Shown here in pieces: positions 19,657 through 27,727 of a DNA stretch of 64,000 nt. The stretch covers positions 2,882 to 66,881 of the forward strand of contig JAPLQE010000092.1 of the NCBI GenBank assembly GCA_026399835.1. Reading direction: 5' to 3'. Made by a program: the position numbers and the translations under genes. Numbering within the stretch: position 1 is the first letter of the stretch; each line of letters starts with the position of its first letter. The notes beneath the pieces were generated by a model, which saw only the letters and a program-made list of their open reading frames with translations, was not told the origin of the DNA and ran no database searches. This stretch comes from Burkholderiales bacterium. Its GTDB lineage: Bacteria; Pseudomonadota; Gammaproteobacteria; Burkholderiales; Burkholderiaceae_E.

Positions 19657-20260
19657 AGCCCCAGGAATCGAGCCGTGCGGGGATGGCGTTGAAGGCCATC
19701 GAGAAACGGCGAGCGCCTGGGTTCGGCGGCACCGCGTGGAGCAGGTAGCTCGGGAACAGCACCATGTCGCCGGGCTCCGGCAGCGGCCCGATCCACTTCT
19801 CGGCGTTGTACGGTCCGGTGACCACGCCCGCATGGTCGTTGCGGAACGAGAAGTCGTGGCCACCGGGCGACTTCATGAACATCGTCCGCGCCTCGGGGTG
19901 CGGGCGGCTCAGGTAGAGCACGCCGGACACGAAGCTGTTGGCGTGGTTGTGCATCGCCTGGCGCCCGCCGGTCTCCAGGACGTTGACCCACATCTCCTTG
20001 AGCGACCAGCCCAGGCGCTCGCCGAACAGCAGCGCACCGAACTCGGCGATCCGAGGGGTGACCGCCGCCGCCACGATGCCCAGCAGCGGACTGTCGTCCG
20101 GCCGGAGCATCGCGGTATGCGACAGCTGGTCCGAGCCGTTGTTCATGCGGTCGGCCTGCGCCGCGAAATGGTCGACGAGCCCGTCGACGAGCGCGGGCGC
20201 GAGCACGCCCGCCACGCGCATGACGGGCGTCGGGAAGAGGCCGGTGACCTCTACGGTCAT
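19634..20260 (-). CDS. TIGR02466-type putative 2OG-Fe(II) oxygenase-like protein
   Basis: 208 aa. WVNVLETGGRQAMHNHANSFVSGVLYL and GDMVLFPSYLLHAVPPN give the HxH/N...H cupin-like pattern I associate with TIGR02466/2OG-FeII_Oxy_5. Confidence 0.75.
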   Translation of the reverse strand: MTVEVTGLFPTPVMRVAGVLAPALVDGLVDHFAAQADRMNNGSDQLSHTAMLRPDDSPLLGIVAAAVTPRIAEFGALLFGERLGWSLKEMWVNVLETGGRQAMHNHANSFVSGVLYLSRPHPEARTMFMKSPGGHDFSFRNDHAGVVTGPYNAEKWIGPLPEPGDMVLFPSYLLHAVPPNPGARRFSMAFNAIPARLDSWGYALGFSG

Positions 20261-20264
20261 CGGC

Positions 20265-20867
20265 TCAGGCGCGGCGGCGGCGGCGGGCGATGACGCCTCC
20301 GAGTCCGAGGGCCATGAACACGTACGCGGCGGGCTCGGGCACCGCGGTGATCGCGACGTTGTCGAACACGGCAGCGTTCGCGGCGCCCCCGAAGGTCACC
20401 GACTGCGCGGTCCCGGCGAAGGTGGCCGAAGCCGTGCCGAAGTTGCAGTAGGCGCTGTCGATGCAGCTGTTCGAAGCGGCGTTGTTCGCCAGGTCGATGC
20501 TCGCGAGCAACGTGCCCGTGCCGTTCAGCCCGCTCCAGACCTGGACGGCGCCGGTGAGCGCGCTGCTCGACGAGTAGGAGAAGCTCACCGCGTCGGTGAA
20601 GTAGACGCCGGTCGCGGCGTTCATCGCGGCATCGCTGCCGGCGGCGAACATCACGCCGAGCGGCGACGGCGCGTTCGAGAAGTACGGACCGAGCTCGTCG
20701 TTGGCCAGGCCCTGCGCGTCGGCGCCGAACAGCACGCCGAGGCCGGCGTAGGTCGAGCCGATCGAGGCGAACGAGGGCGCGGTCTCGAAATCGATGACGG
20801 TGGTCTGGGCGAACGCGGGAACGGCGGACAGCAGCGCGAGCGCGGCGACGATGGGGCGGAGTTTCAT
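20265..20867 (-). CDS. PEP-CTERM sorting-domain secreted protein
   Basis: 200 aa. It has a signal peptide (ALALLSAVPAFAQ) and the C-terminal tag VPEPAAYVFMALGLGGVIARRRRRA, which is PEP + TM + a basic tail. Confidence 0.85.
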   Translation of the reverse strand: MKLRPIVAALALLSAVPAFAQTTVIDFETAPSFASIGSTYAGLGVLFGADAQGLANDELGPYFSNAPSPLGVMFAAGSDAAMNAATGVYFTDAVSFSYSSSSALTGAVQVWSGLNGTGTLLASIDLANNAASNSCIDSAYCNFGTASATFAGTAQSVTFGGAANAAVFDNVAITAVPEPAAYVFMALGLGGVIARRRRRA

Positions 20868-21052
20868 GAGGGACCTCGAAGGTGGTCGGTTGGCGGGGGC
20901 CTCCGACGTTGGACGCAGTGTAGGCAGCGAAGTGCGAACGGCGGATGACGCGACGATGGAGCCGATCGGCGCACTGGACCGTTCGGCGGGTCATCACCCG
21001 TTCACGGCCCCAGCCCAGACTGCGATGCATCGAGACACTACGGAACGATGCG

Positions 21053-21496
21053 ATGCACCCTCCCCGCCGCCGCCTCGTGCTCGGCGTCGGCGCCGCGATC
21101 GGCGCCTCGTTCGCCGGGTCGCCGGCCCGCGCCTGCGACTTCGCCCTCCCCCACCTGCGCGTCACTCATCCCTGGACGAGGGCCACGCCGGCGAAGGCCG
21201 GCTCCGCCGTGCTCTGCACGCGGTTCGACGAGGTCACCGAGGCGGACCGCCTGATCGGCGTGGTGACGCCGGTCGCGACCGGCTTCGAGATCGTCGGGCC
21301 GCGCGGTGCGCGTGCCTCGTCTCTCGAAATCCCCGAGGGGCGCGAGACCGTCCTCGGCGAGGAAGGCCTGCGGTTGCGGCTCGTCGGCCTCAGCCAAGGG
21401 CTGATGATCGCCCGCACCTACCCCCTCACCTTCGTCTTCGAGCGCGGCGGCGAACTGATCGCCGCGCTGAACGTCGATTACCTGCCGGTCGGCTGA
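21053..21496 (+). CDS. PCu(A)C/DUF461-like periplasmic protein lacking the usual His/Met copper ligands
   Basis: From ATG 21053 the product is 147 aa with a twin-arginine leader (PPRRRLVLGVGA). THPWTRAT, DRLIGVVTPVA, LEIPEG and PLTFVFERGGE align with the PCuAC pattern. Where EIHxM and HLMLxGL are expected, the sequence reads FEIVGP and LRLRLVGL. Confidence 0.55.
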   Translation: MHPPRRRLVLGVGAAIGASFAGSPARACDFALPHLRVTHPWTRATPAKAGSAVLCTRFDEVTEADRLIGVVTPVATGFEIVGPRGARASSLEIPEGRETVLGEEGLRLRLVGLSQGLMIARTYPLTFVFERGGELIAALNVDYLPVG

Positions 21497-21549
21497 GCCG
21501 CACGGATCCATCGCATCAGTCCCCACGACTCACTCCCCGAGGAGCCCAC

Positions 21550-23817
21550 ATGATTCACCCCCCGTTCAACAAGCACCGGATCGCGCTGCTCGCGATCAGC
21601 GCGGCCACGATGGCAGCGGCCTCCGGCGGCGCCCTGGCCGCGAAGACCCCCGGCACGTACGTCGCCGGCGACTTCCACAATCACACCACCTGCTCCGACG
21701 GCTCGATCTCGATGCAGAGGCTGGTGAAGAAGTCGACCGACAAGGCCGACACTCCCTGGGGCCTCGACTGGTTCGTTCAGGCGGGCCACGGCGGCAACGG
21801 CAACCGCAACTGCTCGCTGGTCGAGGACGCGTCGCTGTCGACGCCGGCCTATCCGTTCGTCTCCGGCCAGGGTCCGCAGACCACCTGGGCGACGAGCGGC
21901 GTCGCGCGCAAGGGCAACGCGGCCGGCACCGCCAACATGTGGCGCTGGCAGTCGATCCAGGAGATCCAGTACCCGCTGATGGAGTACCTGGCGGTCCTCA
22001 ACAACCTGCCGGTCTTCATGGGCCTGGAGTCGGTGGTCGCCGGCCACGAGCACTCGTCGATGGCGGTCATCACCGGCCAGTTGCCGGCCTCGACCGACAC
22101 CGCGGTGCTGCCGACGACCCCCGGCGGTCAGAGCTTCGCGACGGCGCTCGGCAATGCGACCGCCCTCGCGCAGTGGTCGTACTGCTTCGATCGCGGTGAC
22201 ACCGACACCAGCCGCGGCAACACCACGACCACGAGCGGCATCGGCAACAACTGGAGCTGCGATTTCTCGGGCGGCGTCAACTCGGGCAGCGCCGACTGGA
22301 ATGCCACCGCGCAGAAGCTGATGATCACCGGCAGCGGCGTGGGTAGCGCCATCGGCACGCGCGGTCACGCCAAGACGGTCGACGCGGTGAAGTGGATGGC
22401 CGCCCTGCATGCGAACGGCAGCTACTACGTGCCGGCCCACCTCGAGCGCGCCGGCCCGTTCAACCCGGACGGCAACAACGGCTTCAACGTCGAGCACCTG
22501 CGCAACCTCAACAACGCGGCACCGCGCGTCGCCTTCGGCATGGAGACGCAGCCGGGCCACGGCGCGTCGGCCGAGCGCGGCGAATACCGTCCGCTGCGCA
22601 ACGGCTTCACCGGCAGCAGCACCAACGTCGACTCGGTCGGCGGCACCACCTACGGCGGCACCGGCGTCTACGGCGCCTGGGTCGGCGGCGTCTGGGACGC
22701 GCTGCTCGGCGAAGGCCGCAACTTCTGGTTCTTCGCGAGCTCCGACTGGCACAACCGCGGCAGCTTCGGCGCCGACGACCGCCGCTCCACGCAGGACTTC
22801 TATCCCGGCGAGTACCAGCGCAACTACACGATGGTCCGCAATGGCGCCGACAAGCTGCGGCCGCAGACCATCGTCGACGGCCTGCGCACCGGCAACAACT
22901 GGGCGGCCAGCGGCCAGCTGATCGATCGCCTCGCGTTCGTGGCCTGCGCGTCCTACCCCGGTCCGGGCGCGCGGACCAACGCGGCGGTCGAGAACCTCGC
23001 GGTCCGCGCCGCGTCGAACAACACCGACATCGACGTCGCCGGCTGCGTGACTATGGGCGAGAAGCTCGTCGTGCGTCCCGGCGCAGACATCGTCGTCGCG
23101 GTCGTCGTCCGCGACCCGGCCGGCACCAACTACGCCCCGTACTCGTTCCCGAACCCGTCGCTCGCGCAGATCGGCGCGAACGTGCCGATGAACGCCCCGG
23201 TGCTCGATCACATCGACGTGATCCGCGGCTCGGTGACCGGCTTCAAGACACCGGGCTCGGCGGACTACTCGGGCGAGTGGCCGCGCAACACCGGCTGGCT
23301 GCGGACCGACGGCTCGACCGCCGACCTGTCGGCCGTGCCGGCCGCCGCGAAGAACTCCACCGCGGCGATCCTGCGGACGTTCAACGGCAACGGCGCGAAC
23401 CCGTGGAGCACGGCCACCTCGACGGTGGACGGCACGACCTTCCTGAAGATGAGCTTCCGCATCCCGGCGGTCCAGGCCTCGCAGTACGTGCGCCTCCGCG
23501 GCACGAACCTGCCGGCCGCGGTGCCGTACGAGACCGACGCGCAGGGCAACCCGCTGCCCGACTTCTTCACCAACGCCACCACGGTCGCCAACCTTCGGAT
23601 CCCCTGCACCACGGTGGGCACGAACGTCCCGGCGAACACCGGCGTGACCTGGGACCAGAGCATGGGTGCGATCGACGGCTGCCCGAACCACCTCGCGGTG
23701 CAAAACGGCCAGAAGATGGTGTCGTACGACGTCGCGGCCTGGGCCGACCTGTGGTTCTACAGCAATCCGATCTACGTCGAGGTCGGCGGTTCGACGGTGG
23801 TGGCCGGCGTCCGCTGA
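21550..23817 (+). CDS. Large secreted PHP-like (HxH...SDG) metal-dependent phosphoesterase-family protein
   Basis: From ATG 21550 (gaggag upstream) the product is 755 aa. It has a signal peptide (LLAISAATMAAASGGALAA), then GDFHNHTTCSDGS, QAGHGGNG and VVAGHEHSS. The long beta-rich C-terminal part is not recognised. Confidence 0.65.
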   Translation: MIHPPFNKHRIALLAISAATMAAASGGALAAKTPGTYVAGDFHNHTTCSDGSISMQRLVKKSTDKADTPWGLDWFVQAGHGGNGNRNCSLVEDASLSTPAYPFVSGQGPQTTWATSGVARKGNAAGTANMWRWQSIQEIQYPLMEYLAVLNNLPVFMGLESVVAGHEHSSMAVITGQLPASTDTAVLPTTPGGQSFATALGNATALAQWSYCFDRGDTDTSRGNTTTTSGIGNNWSCDFSGGVNSGSADWNATAQKLMITGSGVGSAIGTRGHAKTVDAVKWMAALHANGSYYVPAHLERAGPFNPDGNNGFNVEHLRNLNNAAPRVAFGMETQPGHGASAERGEYRPLRNGFTGSSTNVDSVGGTTYGGTGVYGAWVGGVWDALLGEGRNFWFFASSDWHNRGSFGADDRRSTQDFYPGEYQRNYTMVRNGADKLRPQTIVDGLRTGNNWAASGQLIDRLAFVACASYPGPGARTNAAVENLAVRAASNNTDIDVAGCVTMGEKLVVRPGADIVVAVVVRDPAGTNYAPYSFPNPSLAQIGANVPMNAPVLDHIDVIRGSVTGFKTPGSADYSGEWPRNTGWLRTDGSTADLSAVPAAAKNSTAAILRTFNGNGANPWSTATSTVDGTTFLKMSFRIPAVQASQYVRLRGTNLPAAVPYETDAQGNPLPDFFTNATTVANLRIPCTTVGTNVPANTGVTWDQSMGAIDGCPNHLAVQNGQKMVSYDVAAWADLWFYSNPIYVEVGGSTVVAGVR

Positions 23818-23845
23818 CGCGGGATCCGCTCACCCCTTGACCGGC

Positions 23846-23880
23846 GCCGCGTGCCTTCGGGCACGCGGCGTCGTTTCCGT
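23846..23880 (+). terminator. Hairpin GCCGCGTGCC-TTCG-GGCACGCGGC followed by GTCGTTTCC
   Basis: A perfect 10-bp stem with a tetraloop lies 29 nt after the PHP gene stop. The T-tract is weak. Confidence 0.5.
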
Positions 23881-23907
23881 CATCAGCCCTGCAGAGACTG
23901 AACAACG

Positions 23908-24756
23908 ATGTCGAGTTCCCCGATGCCTGCGGGCACGTTCCGGCAGGAGCGCGATGGCCGCGCGGCCTGGCTGCGCGAGCCGCTGCTCCACTTCCTGATC
24001 CTCGGCGGCCTGCTGTTCGCCGCGGATCACTACCTCGTCGCCGACCGCGACGACCCGATGACGATCATCGTCGACGCCGCCGTCGACCGCGAGGCGAAGG
24101 AGACCTTCGCCGCCGCGCGCGGCCGCCAGCCGACCGCCGAGGAACTGACCGCGCTGCGGCAGGTGTGGCTGGACAACGAGGTGCTGTTCCGCGAGGGCAT
24201 GGCCCTCGGCATGGACCGCGGCGACACCGCGATCCGAGACCGCGTGGTCTTCAAGGCGCTCAGCATGCTCGAGGTGAACCTCAAGCTGCCCCCGGTCACC
24301 GAGGACACGCTGCGCGCATGGTTCGAGAAGAACCGCATCAAGTACGACGAGCCGGCGCGCTATGACTTCCAGGAGGCGGCGCTGTCCGGCGAGAACGGCG
24401 AGGCCGAGGTGCGCGCGTTCGTCGCAGCACTGAACGCGGGCACGCCCGGCGACGCGCGCGCGGGGCTTCGCGTCTTCAAGGGACGTCCGCATGCCAACCT
24501 CGTGCTCAGCTACGGCGAGGCCTTCGCGATAGAGCTCGAGCGGGCCCCTCTGGGCGAGTGGCACGCCATGCGGACGAAGGACGGCTTTCGCGCGATGCGG
24601 CTCGACGCGGTGATCGCGCCCAGGCCGGCCTCGTTCGAGACGCTGCGGCCGGTGCTGCTGCGTGACTGGACCGATGCGACGATGGCCGAGCAGCGGACCG
24701 CGGCCGTGCGCGCGGCCGGCGCGAAGTACCGTGTCCGCACGGAGGCGGGGCGGTGA
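23908..24756 (+). CDS. Membrane-anchored PpiC/Rotamase_2-like (parvulin-type chaperone-like) protein
   Basis: 282 aa. REPLLHFLILGGLLFAADH is an N-terminal anchor. LWLDNEVLFREGMALGMDRGDTAIRDRVVFKA matches the pattern of the PPIase-like family that I recall sitting next to HupE genes. The catalytic-type motif is not obvious. Confidence 0.55.
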   Translation: MSSSPMPAGTFRQERDGRAAWLREPLLHFLILGGLLFAADHYLVADRDDPMTIIVDAAVDREAKETFAAARGRQPTAEELTALRQVWLDNEVLFREGMALGMDRGDTAIRDRVVFKALSMLEVNLKLPPVTEDTLRAWFEKNRIKYDEPARYDFQEAALSGENGEAEVRAFVAALNAGTPGDARAGLRVFKGRPHANLVLSYGEAFAIELERAPLGEWHAMRTKDGFRAMRLDAVIAPRPASFETLRPVLLRDWTDATMAEQRTAAVRAAGAKYRVRTEAGR

Positions 24757-25712
24757 TCCGCCGGCTGATCGCCCTGTGCCTCGCCGCGTGCGCCGGCCTC
24801 GCCGCATTCGCGGGCACCGCCTCGGCGCACGAGCTCAGCATGGCCGAGATGTCCGTGCGCGAGGTCACCCCGGGCGAGTTCTACTGGCAATGGACCGCGG
24901 GCGACAAGGCCTCGCCCGCCGCCGAGCTGACGCCGCGCTGGCCCGAGGCATGCCGCGAGGAGGGCCAGCTGCTGCGCTGCGGCCGGGACGGCCTGAAGGG
25001 CCGGCTCGGCGTCGACGGCGTCGGCCGCCGGTTCTCGGCGGTGATGGCGAAGGTCGCCTGGCTCGACGGCCAGACCCGGGTCTACACGCTCACCAGCGCG
25101 CGGCCCGAGGTGCGGCTGCACGGGGGTCCGGAGGACACGCGCGACGCGGCCGAGGTCGCGAGCGCCTACGCGGCGCTCGGCGTCGAGCACATCCTCACCG
25201 GCTGGGACCACCTGCTGTTCGTGATCGCGCTGCTGTGCCTCGTGGGCTTCGGCCGTCCGCTGATCGCCACCATCACCGCGTTCACCGCTGCGCACAGCAT
25301 CACGCTCGCGCTCGGCGCGTTCGGGCTGTTGACGCTGCGGCCACCACCGGTCGAGGCGACCATCGCGCTGTCGATCGTGCTGGTGGTGCGCGAGGCGATG
25401 CACGAACGCGCTACGCTCGCGCGCCGCTGGCCGGCACTGGTGGCCTTCGGCTTCGGTCTGCTGCACGGCCTGGGCTTCGCCGGCGCGCTCAAGGAGTTCG
25501 GGCTGCCGCAGAGCCACGTCGCGACCGCGCTGCTGACCTTCAACCTCGGCGTCGAGGCCGGCCAGCTGCTCGTCGTGGCGCTCGCCTGGGCGATCCGCCG
25601 CGCGCTTACCGGCTGGCGCGGGGCGGCGAGGTCCCGGACCGCGATGCTCTACGCGATCGGCAGCCTCGCCGCGTACTGGAGCCTGCTGCGCGTCTTCGCG
25701 ATCTTCCGCTGA
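24753..25712 (+). CDS. HupE/UreJ family metal transporter with ~130-aa N-terminal periplasmic extension
   Basis: 319 aa with a 4-bp overlap with the upstream gene. The signal peptide ends ASA|HELS, so the mature N-terminus is His. GVEHILTGWDHLLFVIALL, FTAAHSITLA and GLLHGLGFAGAL are HupE/UreJ motifs. Confidence 0.85.
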   Translation: MIRRLIALCLAACAGLAAFAGTASAHELSMAEMSVREVTPGEFYWQWTAGDKASPAAELTPRWPEACREEGQLLRCGRDGLKGRLGVDGVGRRFSAVMAKVAWLDGQTRVYTLTSARPEVRLHGGPEDTRDAAEVASAYAALGVEHILTGWDHLLFVIALLCLVGFGRPLIATITAFTAAHSITLALGAFGLLTLRPPPVEATIALSIVLVVREAMHERATLARRWPALVAFGFGLLHGLGFAGALKEFGLPQSHVATALLTFNLGVEAGQLLVVALAWAIRRALTGWRGAARSRTAMLYAIGSLAAYWSLLRVFAIFR

Positions 25713-25733
25713 GGACCGCCCGTCGGGCGGTCC
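25713..25733. terminator. Hairpin GGACCGCCC-GTC-GGGCGGTCC between convergent genes
   Basis: A perfect 9-bp stem immediately follows the HupE stop. No U-tract is present. Confidence 0.4.
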
Positions 25734-25786
25734 CTCGGATCTCGTCGATCGCGATCCCGCCGACCCGACCGCCCTTGCCCGCCCGA

Positions 25787-26131
25787 TCAGGGCATGCGCT
25801 GCTGGGCGTCGTGCTTCTGCCGGAGGATCCGGCGACTCTCGGTCTGCTGCGCGTCGTGCAGGCGCAGGCGCTCGCGGCGGGTGACCGTGCCATCGGCCTC
25901 CGCGCGGTGCTCCATGCGCTCGATGCGCTGCTGACCGTTCTCGAGCCGCACCGCCTCGCGGGGGGTCACGCTGCCCGAGGCAATGCCCTGGCCGATGCGC
26001 TCCGCCTGGTTCTGCTCGCGCGCATCGACGCGCGGCATCGTGGCCTGCGCGAACGCGGTGACCGACGCAGTGCCGAGCATCGCTGCGAGCAGGAAGGTCC
26101 GGATCTGACTGCGGGTCGGGGTACGGGTCAT
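25787..26131 (-). CDS. Small secreted hypothetical protein with internal repeats
   Basis: From ATG 26131 the product is 114 aa. It has a signal peptide (FLLAAMLGTASVTAFAQA) and two related charged segments (VTPREAVRLENGQQRIERM and VTRRERLRLHDAQQTESRRI). Confidence 0.5.
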   Translation of the reverse strand: MTRTPTRSQIRTFLLAAMLGTASVTAFAQATMPRVDAREQNQAERIGQGIASGSVTPREAVRLENGQQRIERMEHRAEADGTVTRRERLRLHDAQQTESRRILRQKHDAQQRMP

Positions 26132-26287
26132 CGTGGCTGCCTCTCGGAGGGGGGGCGCCGCGGGCGGGAGGCCCGTCGGTCGCACACGTCCAAGGTAGGC
26201 GGCGGGCGCGTCACCCGGGCGGCCCCACCGGTAAGCCGAGTGTCGCGCTGTAACCCGCGACCCCTCGCCTCGCGCGGCCCCGCCCCG

Positions 26288-26330
26288 CAAACGAACGGGG
26301 CGCGCCGCCGGCAACCCGGCGACGCGCCCC
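26288..26330 (-). terminator. Long GC hairpin followed by GUUCGUUUG downstream of the thiolase gene
   Basis: On the minus strand, ggggcgcgtcgccgg-gttg-ccggcggcgcgcccc is followed by gttcgtttg. Confidence 0.4.
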
Positions 26331-26367
26331 GCGAGCACCGGCCCCCTCGGGGCCGAGCCTCGGTCGA

Positions 26368-27546
26368 TCAGAGCCGCTCGAGGATGGTCACGTTCGCCTG
26401 GCCACCGCCCTCGCACATCGTCTGCAGGCCGTAGCGCTTGCCGCGGGTGTGCAGCGCGTAGACCAGCGTGGTCATCAGCTTGGCGCCCGAGCCGCCGAGC
26501 GGGTGGCCCAGCGCGATCGCGCCGCCGTTGACGTTCATGCGGTCGCGGTCGGCGCCGAGCGCCTTGAGCCAGGCCAGCGGCACCGACGCGAAGGCCTCGT
26601 TGACCTCGAACAGGTCGATGTCGTCGATCTTCATGCCGGCCTTCTTCAGCGCCCGCTCGGTCGCCGGCAGCGGCGCCTCGAGCATGATCACCGGATCGTG
26701 GCCGATGAGGGTCAGGTTGTGGATGCGGGCGATCGGCTTGAGGTCGTACTGCTTGCGGGCGCGCTCGCTGACCACCATCAGGCCGGCCGCACCGTCGCAG
26801 ATCTGGCTGGCGTTGGCCGCGGTGATCGCGCCGCCTTCCTGCAGCACCTTGACCGCCGAGATGCCGGCCAGGCTCGCGTCGAAGCGGATGCCTTCGTCGA
26901 TGGTGTGCAGCTCGTCGGCGTTGGAGCCGTCGGCGCGGCGCACCGCGACCGGCACGATCTCGGACGCGAAGGCACCGGCCTTGGTCGCGGCGATCGCGCG
27001 CTCGTGGCTCGACAGCGCGTAGGCGTCGAGGTCCGCCTTGTTCAGGCCGTACTTCTTCACCATCATCTCGGCGCCGATGAACTGGCTGAAGTCCGGGCCG
27101 GGGTACTTGGCGCGGATGCCCGGGCTCATGTAGTGGCCCATGCCGTTCTTGGCGGCGAGGATCGTGGGCGAGCCCATCGGCACGCGGCTCATGCTCTCGA
27201 CGCCGGCGGCGATGACGATGTCCATCGTGCCGGACATCACGGCCTGCGCGGCGAAGTGCACCGCCTGCTGCGACGAGCCGCACTGCCGGTCGACCGAGGT
27301 GCCGGGCACGTGCTCGGGCAGCTTCGAGGCGAGGACCGCGTTGCGCGCGACGTCGGTGGCCTGCTCGCCGATCTGCCCGACGCAGCCCATGATCACGTCC
27401 TCGACGAGCGCCGGGTCGATGCCGCTGCGGTCGACGAGGGCGTCGAGCACCTGGGCGGCGAGGTCGACGGGGTGCCAGCCGGACAGCCGGCCGCCCTTCT
27501 TGCCGCCCGCGGTGCGCGCGGCGGCGACGATGAATGCTTCAGCCAT
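26368..27546 (-). CDS. Acetyl-CoA C-acyltransferase (thiolase)
   Basis: From ATG 27546 the product is 392 aa. It has AFIVAAARTAGG, VDRQCGSSQQAV (active-site Cys), NVNGGAIALGHPLGGSG and CEGGGQANVT. Confidence 0.9.
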   Translation of the reverse strand: MAEAFIVAAARTAGGKKGGRLSGWHPVDLAAQVLDALVDRSGIDPALVEDVIMGCVGQIGEQATDVARNAVLASKLPEHVPGTSVDRQCGSSQQAVHFAAQAVMSGTMDIVIAAGVESMSRVPMGSPTILAAKNGMGHYMSPGIRAKYPGPDFSQFIGAEMMVKKYGLNKADLDAYALSSHERAIAATKAGAFASEIVPVAVRRADGSNADELHTIDEGIRFDASLAGISAVKVLQEGGAITAANASQICDGAAGLMVVSERARKQYDLKPIARIHNLTLIGHDPVIMLEAPLPATERALKKAGMKIDDIDLFEVNEAFASVPLAWLKALGADRDRMNVNGGAIALGHPLGGSGAKLMTTLVYALHTRGKRYGLQTMCEGGGQANVTILERL

Positions 27547-27727
27547 GGATCGGGTCTCCTGTTCCGGTCTGGGGGGAATCGAGACGTCGAGTTTGGCATG
27601 AACCGCCGGGCGTCGCGCGAGGCGGTTCCACCGCGAGCCGGCGCCCCGGGGCGGCCGGCTCCGCCCGCCCGGGGCACACAGGACCGCCCGCCGCAGGCCC
27701 TGGCGCCCCGCTTCAGTCGCCGCCGCC

